NCBI GenBank assembly: GCA_002331145.1
Contig: DCYT01000001.1
Span: forward strand, 1 to 50,959
DNA length: 50,959 nt
Origin: Candidatus Minusculum obligatum
GTDB taxonomy: Bacteria > Patescibacteriota > Minisyncoccia > Phycocordibacterales > Phycocordibacteraceae
Direction: 5' to 3'
The stretch's first letter is position 1; every line of letters begins with the position of its first letter. Shown here one piece after another: positions 8,843 to 17,734 of this stretch. The notes below the pieces were generated by a model. That model did no database searches and was not told the origin of the DNA. It saw only the letters and a program-made list of their open reading frames with translations. A program made the translations under genes and the position numbers.

Positions 8843-10078
8843 ATGCGACAAAGTGAACTAATTGGAAAGACGCGCAAAGACGCGCCAAAAGACGAAGAAG
8901 CAAAAAATGCACAACTCCTTATTCGTGCAGGGTTTGTACATAAAGAGATGGCAGGAGCTTATACATTTCTCCCTCTAGGATGGAGTGTTGTAAAAAAGAT
9001 TGAGCAGATCATCCGTGAAGAAATGGATGCTGTTGGAGGGCAAGAAATGCACCTGACCGCTCTTCAGAATAAAGCTTCATGGGAAGAAAGTGGAAGGTGG
9101 AGTGATGAAGTATTGGATGTTTGGTTTAAGACACAGCTTAAGGCAGGTGGTGACCTTGGTCTTGCAACAACACATGAAGAACCTCTTACAAATCTTCTAA
9201 CAGATCACATTGCTTCTCATAGAGACCTCCCAACATACGCATACCAAATTCAAACAAAGTTTAGAAACGAGCTCCGAGCCAAGAGCGGACTCCTTCGAGG
9301 CCGAGAGTTTCGAATGAAAGATCTTTATTCTTTTTCAAAAACAGAAGAAGAGCACGAAGCTTTCTATGAAAAAGCAAAGCAGGCGTATAAGAATGTATTT
9401 GATCGTCTTGGTATTGGAGAGCGAACATATTTAACATTTGCGTCAGGTGGATCATTTGCGGAATTCTCTCATGAGTTCCAGATGGTAACTGAGGCGGGTG
9501 AAGATACTATCTATATTGATGAGGAGAAGGGAATTGCAGTAAATGAAGAGGTGTATACCGATGAGGTGCTCGAAAAGCTTGGGATAAAGAAGGAAAATCT
9601 AAAAGAAGCAAAGGCAACTGAAGTTGGAAATATCTTCTCATTAGGAACTCGCTTCTCAGATCCTCTAAAGCTTGTATACAAGGATGAGACAGGGGAACCG
9701 CAGCCTGTTGTTATGGGTTCATATGGAATTGGTTCTTCAAGACTTGTTGGTGCTATTGCAGAAGCACTTTCAGATGATAAGGGGCTTATTTGGCCTAAAG
9801 CTATTTCTCCATACGACATTCATCTAATTCAGTTACAGGATGAGGTAAAAGATGCTGCAGAAGATCTGTATAAAAAATTAGTTGGAAAAGGGTATTCAGT
9901 ACTCTTAGATGACAGAGAGAAGAGTGCGGGAGAGAAGTTTGCTGATTCTGAGTTAATCGGAATAAGTAAGAGAGTTGTTGTGGGGAAGCGAGGAGTAGAG
10001 AATGGAACGTACGAAGTAACGGATAGGATTACGGGAGAAACTGCCGACATGAAAGAGGAGGACGTATGCCAGATATAA
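8843..10078 (+). CDS. proS: prolyl-tRNA synthetase, short form without the INS editing domain
   Basis: 411 aa. Class II motifs (FRNELRAKSGLLRGREF, GSYGIG) and an N-terminal QLLIRAGF. The length is too short to contain the bacterial insertion editing domain. Confidence 0.9.
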   Translation: MRQSELIGKTRKDAPKDEEAKNAQLLIRAGFVHKEMAGAYTFLPLGWSVVKKIEQIIREEMDAVGGQEMHLTALQNKASWEESGRWSDEVLDVWFKTQLKAGGDLGLATTHEEPLTNLLTDHIASHRDLPTYAYQIQTKFRNELRAKSGLLRGREFRMKDLYSFSKTEEEHEAFYEKAKQAYKNVFDRLGIGERTYLTFASGGSFAEFSHEFQMVTEAGEDTIYIDEEKGIAVNEEVYTDEVLEKLGIKKENLKEAKATEVGNIFSLGTRFSDPLKLVYKDETGEPQPVVMGSYGIGSSRLVGAIAEALSDDKGLIWPKAISPYDIHLIQLQDEVKDAAEDLYKKLVGKGYSVLLDDREKSAGEKFADSELIGISKRVVVGKRGVENGTYEVTDRITGETADMKEEDVCQI

Positions 10079-11127
10079 AAAAAATATTCAGAGGACTTTT
10101 TGGACATGATGTAGGAATAGATCTTGGGACCGCAAATACGCTGGTGTATGTTCGAGGTAAAGGAGTTTTAATAAATGAGCCGTCTGTAGTTGCGGTGAAT
10201 AGTAAGACAGGGCAGGTGGTTGCTGTGGGGAATGAAGCGCGAGAGATGATTGGGCGAACACCTGCTCACATTACTGCTATACGCCCACTCCAAGATGGGG
10301 TTATCTCAGACTTTGAAGTGGCAGAGGAAATGCTCGCTTACTTTATTGAAAAGGTTCAAGGAGATGGGAGGCGTTTGTTTGGTCCTCGGGTAGTGATTGG
10401 TATTCCATCTGGCATTACCAATGTAGAGAGTCGTGCGGTACGAGATGCTGCGATTAATGCAGGTGCTCGAGAAGTACATATCGTAGAAGAGCCTATGGCA
10501 GGTGCTATTGGTGCAAAACTTCCTGTCAGAGAGCCTGTTGGGACAATGGTGATTGATATAGGTGGAGGAACCACAGATATCGCAATGATATCTCTTGGTG
10601 GAATTGTTGCGTCAAAACAAACAACCATTGCAGGAGATGCATTTAATCGAGACATAATCGATTACATTCGTGATGAATTTAAAATGATTGTAGGAGAGAA
10701 GACAGCAGAGGATTTGAAAATGAAAGTAACAAGCCTTACGCCGCTTGCAGAGCAACTTCATATGACGGTGCGGGGGCGAGATGTTCTAACAGGCCTTCCT
10801 CGAGAGGTTGTGGTAACAGATGCACACATACGAGCAGCACTCGCTACTTCAATTGAAGGGCTCATGGAAGTGGTTCAGGAAGTTGTAGAAATAACACCTC
10901 CTGAAGTACTTGGAGACATTATGCAAAGAGGAGCACATATTTTCGGAGGAGGGGCGTGCATGCGGGGACTTGCAGTGATGCTAAAGAATGTACTTGGTGT
11001 TCCTGTACATGTGGTCGAAGAACCTCTCACGGCAGTTGTTCGTGGTACAGGTATAATTACAGAGAACGTGAAAGATTATCAGGATGTAATACTAGCTCAT
11101 GAAGAAGACTTGGCGCCGAAAACGTAG
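10066..11127 (+). CDS. mreB: rod shape-determining protein MreB (paralog 2)
   Basis: 353 aa. Motifs GIDLGTANTLVY, NEPSVVA, DIGGGTTDIAMISLGG and HVVEEPLTAVVRG. It is followed directly by mreC and mreD. Confidence 0.95.
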   Translation: MPDIKKIFRGLFGHDVGIDLGTANTLVYVRGKGVLINEPSVVAVNSKTGQVVAVGNEAREMIGRTPAHITAIRPLQDGVISDFEVAEEMLAYFIEKVQGDGRRLFGPRVVIGIPSGITNVESRAVRDAAINAGAREVHIVEEPMAGAIGAKLPVREPVGTMVIDIGGGTTDIAMISLGGIVASKQTTIAGDAFNRDIIDYIRDEFKMIVGEKTAEDLKMKVTSLTPLAEQLHMTVRGRDVLTGLPREVVVTDAHIRAALATSIEGLMEVVQEVVEITPPEVLGDIMQRGAHIFGGGACMRGLAVMLKNVLGVPVHVVEEPLTAVVRGTGIITENVKDYQDVILAHEEDLAPKT

Positions 11128-11893
11128 CATCATTTCAATACCACCGTTTTTCCTTATTGCCGGACTGGTTTTCTTTTTGGGGTGGGCTGTAATCTCAGCG
11201 GTATCTCATATTTCTCCAGGCACGTTAGAGGGTGTTTTTGCTCAAGCAACAAATGCAAATAACTCTGCCGCATCAGCAGGGAACAGTTTCCTTTCATTTT
11301 TTAAAGATAAGAGTGATTTAACAGCAAAGGTGAAGCGCCTTGAAGATAGTGAGCTTGCACTACAGCTTCAGCTACAAATTGCATCATTCACACAAAAAGA
11401 AAATGCTGACTTACGAGAACTCCTTTCATATGTTCCAGAAGACGGTGTTCTTGGAAGTGTTATAGCGTGGCCTCCTAAAACAGCGTACGACACACTCCTT
11501 ATTGAAACAGGACAGAGTGTCTCTGTTGGGGACTTAGTACTCGGACGAGGAATAGCTCCAATTGGTCGTATAGATCGCACAGAGGGCAAGTATGCATACG
11601 TGAGACTGTTCTCTTCAGGAGACTTACAAACCCAGGTTCGTGTTGGAGGAGGTCGAGAGCTTCTTGAGTTAACTGGGCGGGGAGGAGGTAGTGCATTTAT
11701 CGTGGCTCCCAAGGAAGTTGCTATAGATAGAGGTGACGAAGTGTATTTTCCGTATAGTGGAAATACTTTTATGGGACACATTGGAGCAGTTGAAACAAAT
11801 CCAGCTTCATCTACTAAAAATCTATGGATTGTGTTTCCCAAACACTTCTATGCATATACGTGGGTGAGTATTGTGCCGTACCCAGCAATATGA
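11099..11893 (+). CDS. mreC: rod shape-determining protein MreC
   Basis: N-terminal TM helix, a coiled-coil segment (LEDSELALQLQLQ), then a beta-rich domain (G.VG.V......Y..V.L). It occupies the position between mreB and mreD. Confidence 0.75.
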   Translation: MKKTWRRKRSIISIPPFFLIAGLVFFLGWAVISAVSHISPGTLEGVFAQATNANNSAASAGNSFLSFFKDKSDLTAKVKRLEDSELALQLQLQIASFTQKENADLRELLSYVPEDGVLGSVIAWPPKTAYDTLLIETGQSVSVGDLVLGRGIAPIGRIDRTEGKYAYVRLFSSGDLQTQVRVGGGRELLELTGRGGGSAFIVAPKEVAIDRGDEVYFPYSGNTFMGHIGAVETNPASSTKNLWIVFPKHFYAYTWVSIVPYPAI

Positions 11894-12132
11894 AATATCT
11901 AGTTACCATAGTTGTAATGGCATTAGGATTTATCTTTTTGCCATGGTGGGGAGTATTTCTTTTGGCGGCTATTTCTTTAATCTATACAAAAGGGTACATC
12001 GCACTTGTCTTTACGATCCTATTAGATTTCTTTGCATTGCCACAAGAATTTCCATACGCATCTGTTACGTTTTTGGTTCTTATGCTCCTTGCTCGCACAA
12101 TAAAGGACCGAATGTTCGATGGTGTAGAATAG
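11890..12132 (+). CDS. mreD: MreD-like small membrane protein
   Basis: 80 aa with about 3 TM helices. The MKYLVTIVV start forms an ATGA overlap with the mreC stop. The call rests mainly on its position between mreC and PBP2. Confidence 0.55.
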   Translation: MKYLVTIVVMALGFIFLPWWGVFLLAAISLIYTKGYIALVFTILLDFFALPQEFPYASVTFLVLMLLARTIKDRMFDGVE

Positions 12133-12139
12133 GAATACT

Positions 12140-13822
12140 ATGCGGCGTGGAAAGATAACAAGGCGTGCTGATTTTGAAATTGAACCAGATGAAGTTCTTC
12201 TTGATGCCTCTAATCTCCCACATTTTGATAAAGACCAGTTTCAGGGAAGGATTGTTGCGCCAATTGGAAAGAGGTCTCTCGTAGTTTTTGGAATAGGGTT
12301 TTTGCTTGTACTCCTTATCCTCATTGGAGAAGCATTTCACCTACAGGTAAGTACCGGGGCAGAGCTTCAGGCACGAAGCGAAAATAATCGACTTGAGCAG
12401 TCTATTATTTTTGCTGAGCGTGGCGTTGTTGTAGATAGAAATGGGGAAGTGCTAATTGGTAACTCACAAGGAGAAGGATCTTTTGCAAAGCGGATATATG
12501 CATCTCCAGGGTTTGGGCATCTGCTTGGATACGTGTCGTACCCAAAGAAAGATAAGGCTGGATATTGGTACAGTACAGAAATTGAAGGAGTCTCAGGACT
12601 AGAAGCAGTATTTGACGAGCGTCTTGAGGGAGAAAATGGCCTTGTGCTCATTGAAACGAATGCGCTTGGAGAAGAGAGTTCAAGTGAGACGGTATTGAAA
12701 CCTTTTGCGGGAGAGAATCTTGAGCTGACTATTGATGCAAAGGTTCAAGAAAGTTTGTTTACACATATAAAAGATCTTGCAGATCAAATTCCTTTCCAGG
12801 GTGGGTCTGGAATAATTATGGATATTGAAACAGGAGAGATTATTGCCCTTACCAATTATCCTGAATATAACCCAAATGTTTTAGCAGATGGAGAAGACCG
12901 AGACACTATTGTTAGTTATCAAAATGATTCAAGAAAGCCGTACCTTAATCGTGCGGTAGCGGGTCTTTTTACACCAGGATCTGTTGTAAAACCAATTGTT
13001 GCAATTGCAGCACTTGAAGAAAAAATTGTAGGAATTAATAACACCTTTTTAAGTACAGGACAGATTAGTATTCCCAATCCATATTTCCCAGATCAACCAA
13101 CCATCTTTAGGGACTGGAAAGCACATGGGTATGTAAATGTGGTTCGTGCGCTGGCTGTGTCTTCAAACGTATTCTTCTACATTGTTGGTGGAGGGTATGA
13201 GGGGCAAGAAGGCTTGGGAATCGATACGCTTGCAAAGTGGATGCGAAACTTTGGTCTTGGAGAACCAACAGGTATTCAGTTTGCGTCTGAGGAGAGTGGG
13301 TTTGTTCCAACGCCAGAATGGAAAGAAGAAGCGTATGGAGAAGATTGGAGGATAGGAGATACGTACTACACAGCTATTGGGCAGTATGCGGTTCAGGTGA
13401 CGCCATTGCAGATGGTTCGTACTGTTGCTGCTATCGCAAATGGTGGAAAGCTTCTAACACCAACTATTATCGCAGGAGATGCTGGGCCAAAGAAAAGAGT
13501 AACCTTTAGTAAAGAAACACAAGAGATTGTAATTTCTGGAATGAAGGAGGCGGTAAATAATATTGAAGTGGGAAGTGCCCGCGGGCTTAAAAATAGTCAC
13601 GTTTCAGTTGCTGGTAAAACAGGAACAGCGCAGGTTGGTTCAGGGAATAAATTTCATAATGCGTGGGTAGAAGGCTTCTTCCCAGTTGAGAATCCTAAGT
13701 ATGCATTCGCTGTTGTTATGGATCGAGGGCCAAGCTCCAACCTAATTGGAGCTGTGGCAGTAATGCGAAATGTTATTGAAGATATGGCAGTATCTTCTCC
13801 CCAGTACTTCACAGTTGACTAG
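12140..13822 (+). CDS. mrdA: penicillin-binding protein 2 (elongasome transpeptidase)
   Basis: 560 aa. SxxK (GSVVKP), SxN (SSN) and KTGT (AGKTGTAQ) motifs, with an N-terminal TM anchor. Confidence 0.9.
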   Translation: MRRGKITRRADFEIEPDEVLLDASNLPHFDKDQFQGRIVAPIGKRSLVVFGIGFLLVLLILIGEAFHLQVSTGAELQARSENNRLEQSIIFAERGVVVDRNGEVLIGNSQGEGSFAKRIYASPGFGHLLGYVSYPKKDKAGYWYSTEIEGVSGLEAVFDERLEGENGLVLIETNALGEESSSETVLKPFAGENLELTIDAKVQESLFTHIKDLADQIPFQGGSGIIMDIETGEIIALTNYPEYNPNVLADGEDRDTIVSYQNDSRKPYLNRAVAGLFTPGSVVKPIVAIAALEEKIVGINNTFLSTGQISIPNPYFPDQPTIFRDWKAHGYVNVVRALAVSSNVFFYIVGGGYEGQEGLGIDTLAKWMRNFGLGEPTGIQFASEESGFVPTPEWKEEAYGEDWRIGDTYYTAIGQYAVQVTPLQMVRTVAAIANGGKLLTPTIIAGDAGPKKRVTFSKETQEIVISGMKEAVNNIEVGSARGLKNSHVSVAGKTGTAQVGSGNKFHNAWVEGFFPVENPKYAFAVVMDRGPSSNLIGAVAVMRNVIEDMAVSSPQYFTVD

Positions 13823-13855
13823 GTGTGAATCATGCGTAGAATAGTGTGAATTCAT

Positions 13856-14323
13856 ATGTCAGGAGAAGACACAGTACTAACAAGAGAAAAATTTGATGAG
13901 CTCGTAGCAGAGCTCGATAATCTTAAAACTGTCCGCCGAACAGAAATCGCGGAATCTTTGGAGTATGCACGTTCTCTAGGAGATCTTTCAGAGAATGCTG
14001 AGTATCAGGAAGCTCGAGAGCTTCAGGCTGCTACTGAGGAGCGAATCCGAAAATTGGAGGATATCATCAAGCGAGCAAAGATTATTTCTCATAAGAAAAG
14101 TGACGTTGTTGATTTCGGTTCTGAGGTAACAATCGTAAAGGTGGGAGATAAGGAAAAGCATGACTATATTATTGTGGGAAGCGAAGAGGCAGACATGCGC
14201 TCACGAAAGATCTCACACGTATCTCCACTAGGATCAGCAATGATGGGGAAGAAGAAAGGAGATGAGTTTGACTTTAAGACTCCAAGTGGAAAACAGCAGT
14301 ACAAAATTGTTTCTGTGAAATAA
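13856..14323 (+). CDS. greA: transcription elongation factor GreA
   Basis: 155 aa. Has GDLSENAEY and a C-terminal S.SPLG.A..GKK.GD. Confidence 0.95.
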   Translation: MSGEDTVLTREKFDELVAELDNLKTVRRTEIAESLEYARSLGDLSENAEYQEARELQAATEERIRKLEDIIKRAKIISHKKSDVVDFGSEVTIVKVGDKEKHDYIIVGSEEADMRSRKISHVSPLGSAMMGKKKGDEFDFKTPSGKQQYKIVSVK

Positions 14324-14358
14324 AAAAAGAAGCCCCGAGTTGCCTCGGGGCTTCTTGT
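14322..14358. terminator. bidirectional intrinsic terminator
   Basis: AAAAAAA GAAGCCCCGAG-TTGC-CTCGGGGCTTC TTGTT, between convergent genes. Confidence 0.8.
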
Positions 14359-14840
14359 TAGTCACGATTTCGGAAAAATCTGAAGTAGTGTTCTCCCGTA
14401 CGTTTGCAGTAATCAGGAACAAAATGCCCCTCAGTTTGCATGCGGTCCATGTATTCGGAGGACCAGCTTCCGTAATAGGGAATTGGGCCCCAGATTACTT
14501 CAGCTCTCATCGTCACAGTTCGTTCAGTATCACCTTCACGAATTTTCACAACAGCCTTCTGGCCAATCTTTTTGGCACGTAAGATGGGTGTAAAAGCACG
14601 AAGTTCTTCTTGAGATTTGAATTCTAATGGTTTCCCATTGTACTCAAGAATTCTTGCTCCAAAACGAACTTTTGCTCTGCCGGAAGGGCTGTCTAATAAT
14701 CTGGTTAAGACAAAAACCTCTCCGTCTTTCCAGTCAAATTCCCAGCCGTAGCCGATATAGCGGTGGCGAAGTTTATATACGACCCACCAGAGTAAAGGTA
14801 CAAGCACTGCAAGGAGTGCAAGCATGAGATAGATATTCAT
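14358..14840 (-). CDS. membrane-anchored hypothetical protein (possible PDZ-like domain)
   Basis: 160 aa. N-terminal TM helix (IYLMLALLAVLVPLLWWVV), then SPSGRAKVRFGARILEYNGKPLEF.., which is reminiscent of a PDZ fold. Confidence 0.55.
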   Translation of the reverse strand: MNIYLMLALLAVLVPLLWWVVYKLRHRYIGYGWEFDWKDGEVFVLTRLLDSPSGRAKVRFGARILEYNGKPLEFKSQEELRAFTPILRAKKIGQKAVVKIREGDTERTVTMRAEVIWGPIPYYGSWSSEYMDRMQTEGHFVPDYCKRTGEHYFRFFRNRD

Positions 14841-14939
14841 GAAAGTTCTCCCTCAGGTTTCTATTTTTAAGGTACCAGAAAGCACTACAAGTCGCCAGAG
14901 CATTTGTTTTTATACGAAGTTCCCGTAAGATAACACATA

Positions 14940-16505
14940 ATGTTTTGGGCAGATAAAATAGCGCAGGAAATAAAAGAAAAGCGAGGGGATGGTCCGCTGA
15001 TCATTCGAGATGAGAAGACCATGAGTGGACGAGTGCATATTGGATCTATGCGCGGTGTTGCAATACATGGTGCTGTGGGAGAGGCGCTAACTGAGCATGG
15101 TGTAGACAATGAATACTATTACGAGATCAATGACTTTGATCCCATGGACGGTCTTCCCGCATATTTAGATGAAAAAGAATACGAGCAGCACATGGGGAAG
15201 CAGCTAAAGGATGTGCCAGCTCCGGATGGAAAGGCAAAGAACTATGCAGAGTATTTTGCTAATGAGTTTTTGGAAGTAATTGCAAAGTCTGGATATACAC
15301 CAAAGTACTATCGAGCATCTGAACTTTATGAATCTGGGAAGATGGATCCGTATATCAAGATGGCACTTGAAGGTGCAGACAAAATTCGAGATATCTATAA
15401 AAAGATCTCAGGATCAGATAAGCCGGAGGACTGGCTGCCTTTGAATGTTAGGTGTGAGAAGTGTGGAAAGATTGGAACCACAAAAGTAACAAGCTTTGAT
15501 GGAGGGGAGGTTGAGTATACGTGTCATGAAGATTTAGTTGATTGGGCGAAGGGGTGTGGGCATCAGGGAAAAGTTTCTCCATTTGGTGGGAATGCAAAAC
15601 TTCCGTGGAAGCCTGAGTGGGCTGCAAAGTGGGGAGCTATGAATGTTTCAGTTGAGGGAGCTGGAAAGGACCACTCAACTCGTGGAGGTTCTCGAGATGT
15701 GGCGAATGCTATTGCTACAGAAGTATTTAATATTGAAATACCATTCGATGTACCGTATGAGTTTTTCCTTGTGGGAGGAAAGAAAATGAGCTCATCAAAA
15801 GGTTCAGGATCTACTTCAAAGGATATTTCAGATTTATTCCCTCAGGAAGTATTCCGACTAGCCCTTATTGGAAAAGATATTAATAAGCAAATCAACTTTG
15901 AGCCAGAAGGAGAGACGGTGCCAACGCTCTATGATCAGTATGACAAGATTGCACTAGCGCATGAATCAGGGGAGGAAGATGATTTCACGCGTCTGTATGA
16001 GTACTGTCAGCTTCCCGAAGTTAGAAAAGATATTCCAAAGGCATTCTTGCCTCGATTTAGCCAATTGGCATACATCTCACAGATGCCACATGTTGATCTT
16101 GAAGAGCAGGTGAAAGAAATGAAAGAAGCAGAGCTCACTGATCTTGATAAGGAAACACTTAAGAACCGTCTTGAGTATGTAAAGTATTGGCTTTCTACAT
16201 ATGCGCCAGAGCGATATAAGTTTGAAATTCAGGAGAGTATGCCAGAAGTGAGTCTTTCAGATTTACAAAAGAAAGCACTTGCTACTCTTGCCGATTTTGT
16301 AAAAGAAAATGATGAGATTACAGGTCAAATGATGCATGAAAATCTTCACGCAATAAAAGAAGAACTCGAGATTGAACCAAGAGAATTCTTTACTGCTATT
16401 TATAATATTTTCCTAAACAAGGACAGTGGCCCAAAGGCTGGATGGTTCTTGTCTGTGCTCGAGAGAGATTTTGTGTTGAAGCGACTGGAAGAAGCAGGTA
16501 AATAA
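14940..16505 (+). CDS. lysK: lysyl-tRNA synthetase, class I
   Basis: 521 aa. HIGS (HIGH-like) at SGRVHIGSMRG and KMSSSKG (KMSKS-like). The architecture is class I, not the class II LysS. Confidence 0.9.
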   Translation: MFWADKIAQEIKEKRGDGPLIIRDEKTMSGRVHIGSMRGVAIHGAVGEALTEHGVDNEYYYEINDFDPMDGLPAYLDEKEYEQHMGKQLKDVPAPDGKAKNYAEYFANEFLEVIAKSGYTPKYYRASELYESGKMDPYIKMALEGADKIRDIYKKISGSDKPEDWLPLNVRCEKCGKIGTTKVTSFDGGEVEYTCHEDLVDWAKGCGHQGKVSPFGGNAKLPWKPEWAAKWGAMNVSVEGAGKDHSTRGGSRDVANAIATEVFNIEIPFDVPYEFFLVGGKKMSSSKGSGSTSKDISDLFPQEVFRLALIGKDINKQINFEPEGETVPTLYDQYDKIALAHESGEEDDFTRLYEYCQLPEVRKDIPKAFLPRFSQLAYISQMPHVDLEEQVKEMKEAELTDLDKETLKNRLEYVKYWLSTYAPERYKFEIQESMPEVSLSDLQKKALATLADFVKENDEITGQMMHENLHAIKEELEIEPREFFTAIYNIFLNKDSGPKAGWFLSVLERDFVLKRLEEAGK

Positions 16506-16509
16506 AAAA

Positions 16510-16533
16510 CACCCCTCATTCCTCTGAGGGGTG
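16510..16533 (-). terminator. hairpin terminator for the NUDIX gene (weaker for lysK)
   Basis: CACCCCTCA-N6-TGAGGGGTG with a T-run only in the minus-strand direction. It overlaps the NUDIX stop codon. Confidence 0.5.
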
Positions 16534-17166
16534 TGGAAGTTCGCGAGAGATTATCATCCTTCCGGATCGATAATTATCTCCTTTGCCAATTTCATGTACA
16601 CGGAACTGCCTATTTATTTCAAGTTTTGCAGTGCGTCTTCCTTTTCCTATGAGGAAAAACGGAAGCCAAAAACGATCTGAGGGAAGCAGCTCTGCTCCAT
16701 CAGGACCAATATTTGGGTACGTTATTTCCCGTATAGGGTACCAAGCGAAAGATTCAAACTCAGGAGATTCTTTGTTTGGAACAATCTCCACTCTTTCTTT
16801 AAGGTACATGCGGAAAACATGAAGTATTACATCAGGCTCTTTCTCAGAGGGGTCAGAAGGAATTTCTTCACCCTCCTCAAAGAAGGAAACCTCTACTTTC
16901 CCAATGTAAACAAGATCTTTTATTGGGTCATCACCGTTGTGGAGCGTAACTTCCTCATTGAATTCGCGCATCGCTGCGTCTTCAGGACTTTCTCCTTCAT
17001 TTATTTTCCCACCGATGCCATTTAAAAAAGGTTTGGTGAGATGTTTAAAAGGACCCTTGAACACAGTGACATGTCCAAGAGCAACATATTTTTGATAGAG
17101 ATCGTAGCCACCTTCTTTGAAGGTGGGGAAGATCACTACCGCTTCGGGGATCTCTTTTTTGGACAT
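16516..17166 (-). CDS. NUDIX hydrolase
   Basis: Nudix box GGKINEGESPEDAAMREFNEEV. The start at MSKKEIPE has AAGGAG 6 nt upstream. Confidence 0.85.
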   Translation of the reverse strand: MSKKEIPEAVVIFPTFKEGGYDLYQKYVALGHVTVFKGPFKHLTKPFLNGIGGKINEGESPEDAAMREFNEEVTLHNGDDPIKDLVYIGKVEVSFFEEGEEIPSDPSEKEPDVILHVFRMYLKERVEIVPNKESPEFESFAWYPIREITYPNIGPDGAELLPSDRFWLPFFLIGKGRRTAKLEINRQFRVHEIGKGDNYRSGRMIISRELPHPSEE

Positions 17167-17245
17167 GTGTGACTCCTTCTGAGAACATTTTGCCATATTT
17201 TTTGTACGTAAGTCAAATATCTACTATCCACACGGTATTTTAGGC

Positions 17246-17293
17246 AAAGTGGGGCAAAGTGGCATATAATTCAATACTAGTGGGGGAAAGTGG
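17246..17293 (+). promoter_or_regulatory. mraZ promoter with AAAGTGG direct repeats (candidate MraZ operator)
   Basis: AAAGTGG occurs at 17246, 17256 and 17287, and AGTGGGG at 17279. That gives two pairs with 10-nt phasing flanking a TATAAT box at 17265-17270. Confidence 0.55.
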
Positions 17294-17299
17294 TGAATT

Positions 17300-17734
17300 A
17301 TGTTAATCGGAGAGTATACACATACGTTTGATACCAAAAACCGAGTTGCTTTGCCGGCAAAATTTAGGAAGGAGTTTGGATCAAAAGTGATTGTGACTCG
17401 TGGACTTGATCGATGTTTATTCATTTACACCCCCAAGTCCTGGGAGAAGATTATTGCTCGAATGAGTGATCTATCTATCGGTCAGGCAAGCACCAGAGGG
17501 TTTAATCGCTTTATGCTCTCAGGTGCAGTTGATATAGAAGTTGATTCGCAGGGCCGTATCTTGATCCCGGACTTCTTGAAAGGCTTTGCGAGTTTAGAGG
17601 GGAAGGTGGTATTGGCTGGAGTGAATGATCGGGTAGAAGTATGGAATGAAAATGAATGGGAAACCTACAAAGCAAGTATTGAACAAAATGCAGACCAACT
17701 CGCAGAGAAACTCGGAGAGATTGGCATCCTCTGA
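17300..17734 (+). CDS. mraZ: transcriptional regulator MraZ
   Basis: 144 aa. Two SpoVT-AbrB-like repeats (DTKNRVALPAKFR and DSQGRILIPDFL). Confidence 0.95.
   Translation: MLIGEYTHTFDTKNRVALPAKFRKEFGSKVIVTRGLDRCLFIYTPKSWEKIIARMSDLSIGQASTRGFNRFMLSGAVDIEVDSQGRILIPDFLKGFASLEGKVVLAGVNDRVEVWNENEWETYKASIEQNADQLAEKLGEIGIL

Noticed and set aside
8727-8912. N-terminal extension of the track ORF 8292..8912.
   Set aside because: It would overlap the proS promoter and start codon. AGGAGA at the correct spacing supports the internal start at 8726.
17646-17734. The 89-nt overlap of rsmH with mraZ, considered as a possible programmed frameshift or fusion.
   Set aside because: It is more simply explained by an over-extended start. 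Later in-frame ATG and TTG candidates exist (17688, 17721), and the conserved RsmH sequence begins only after the mraZ stop.
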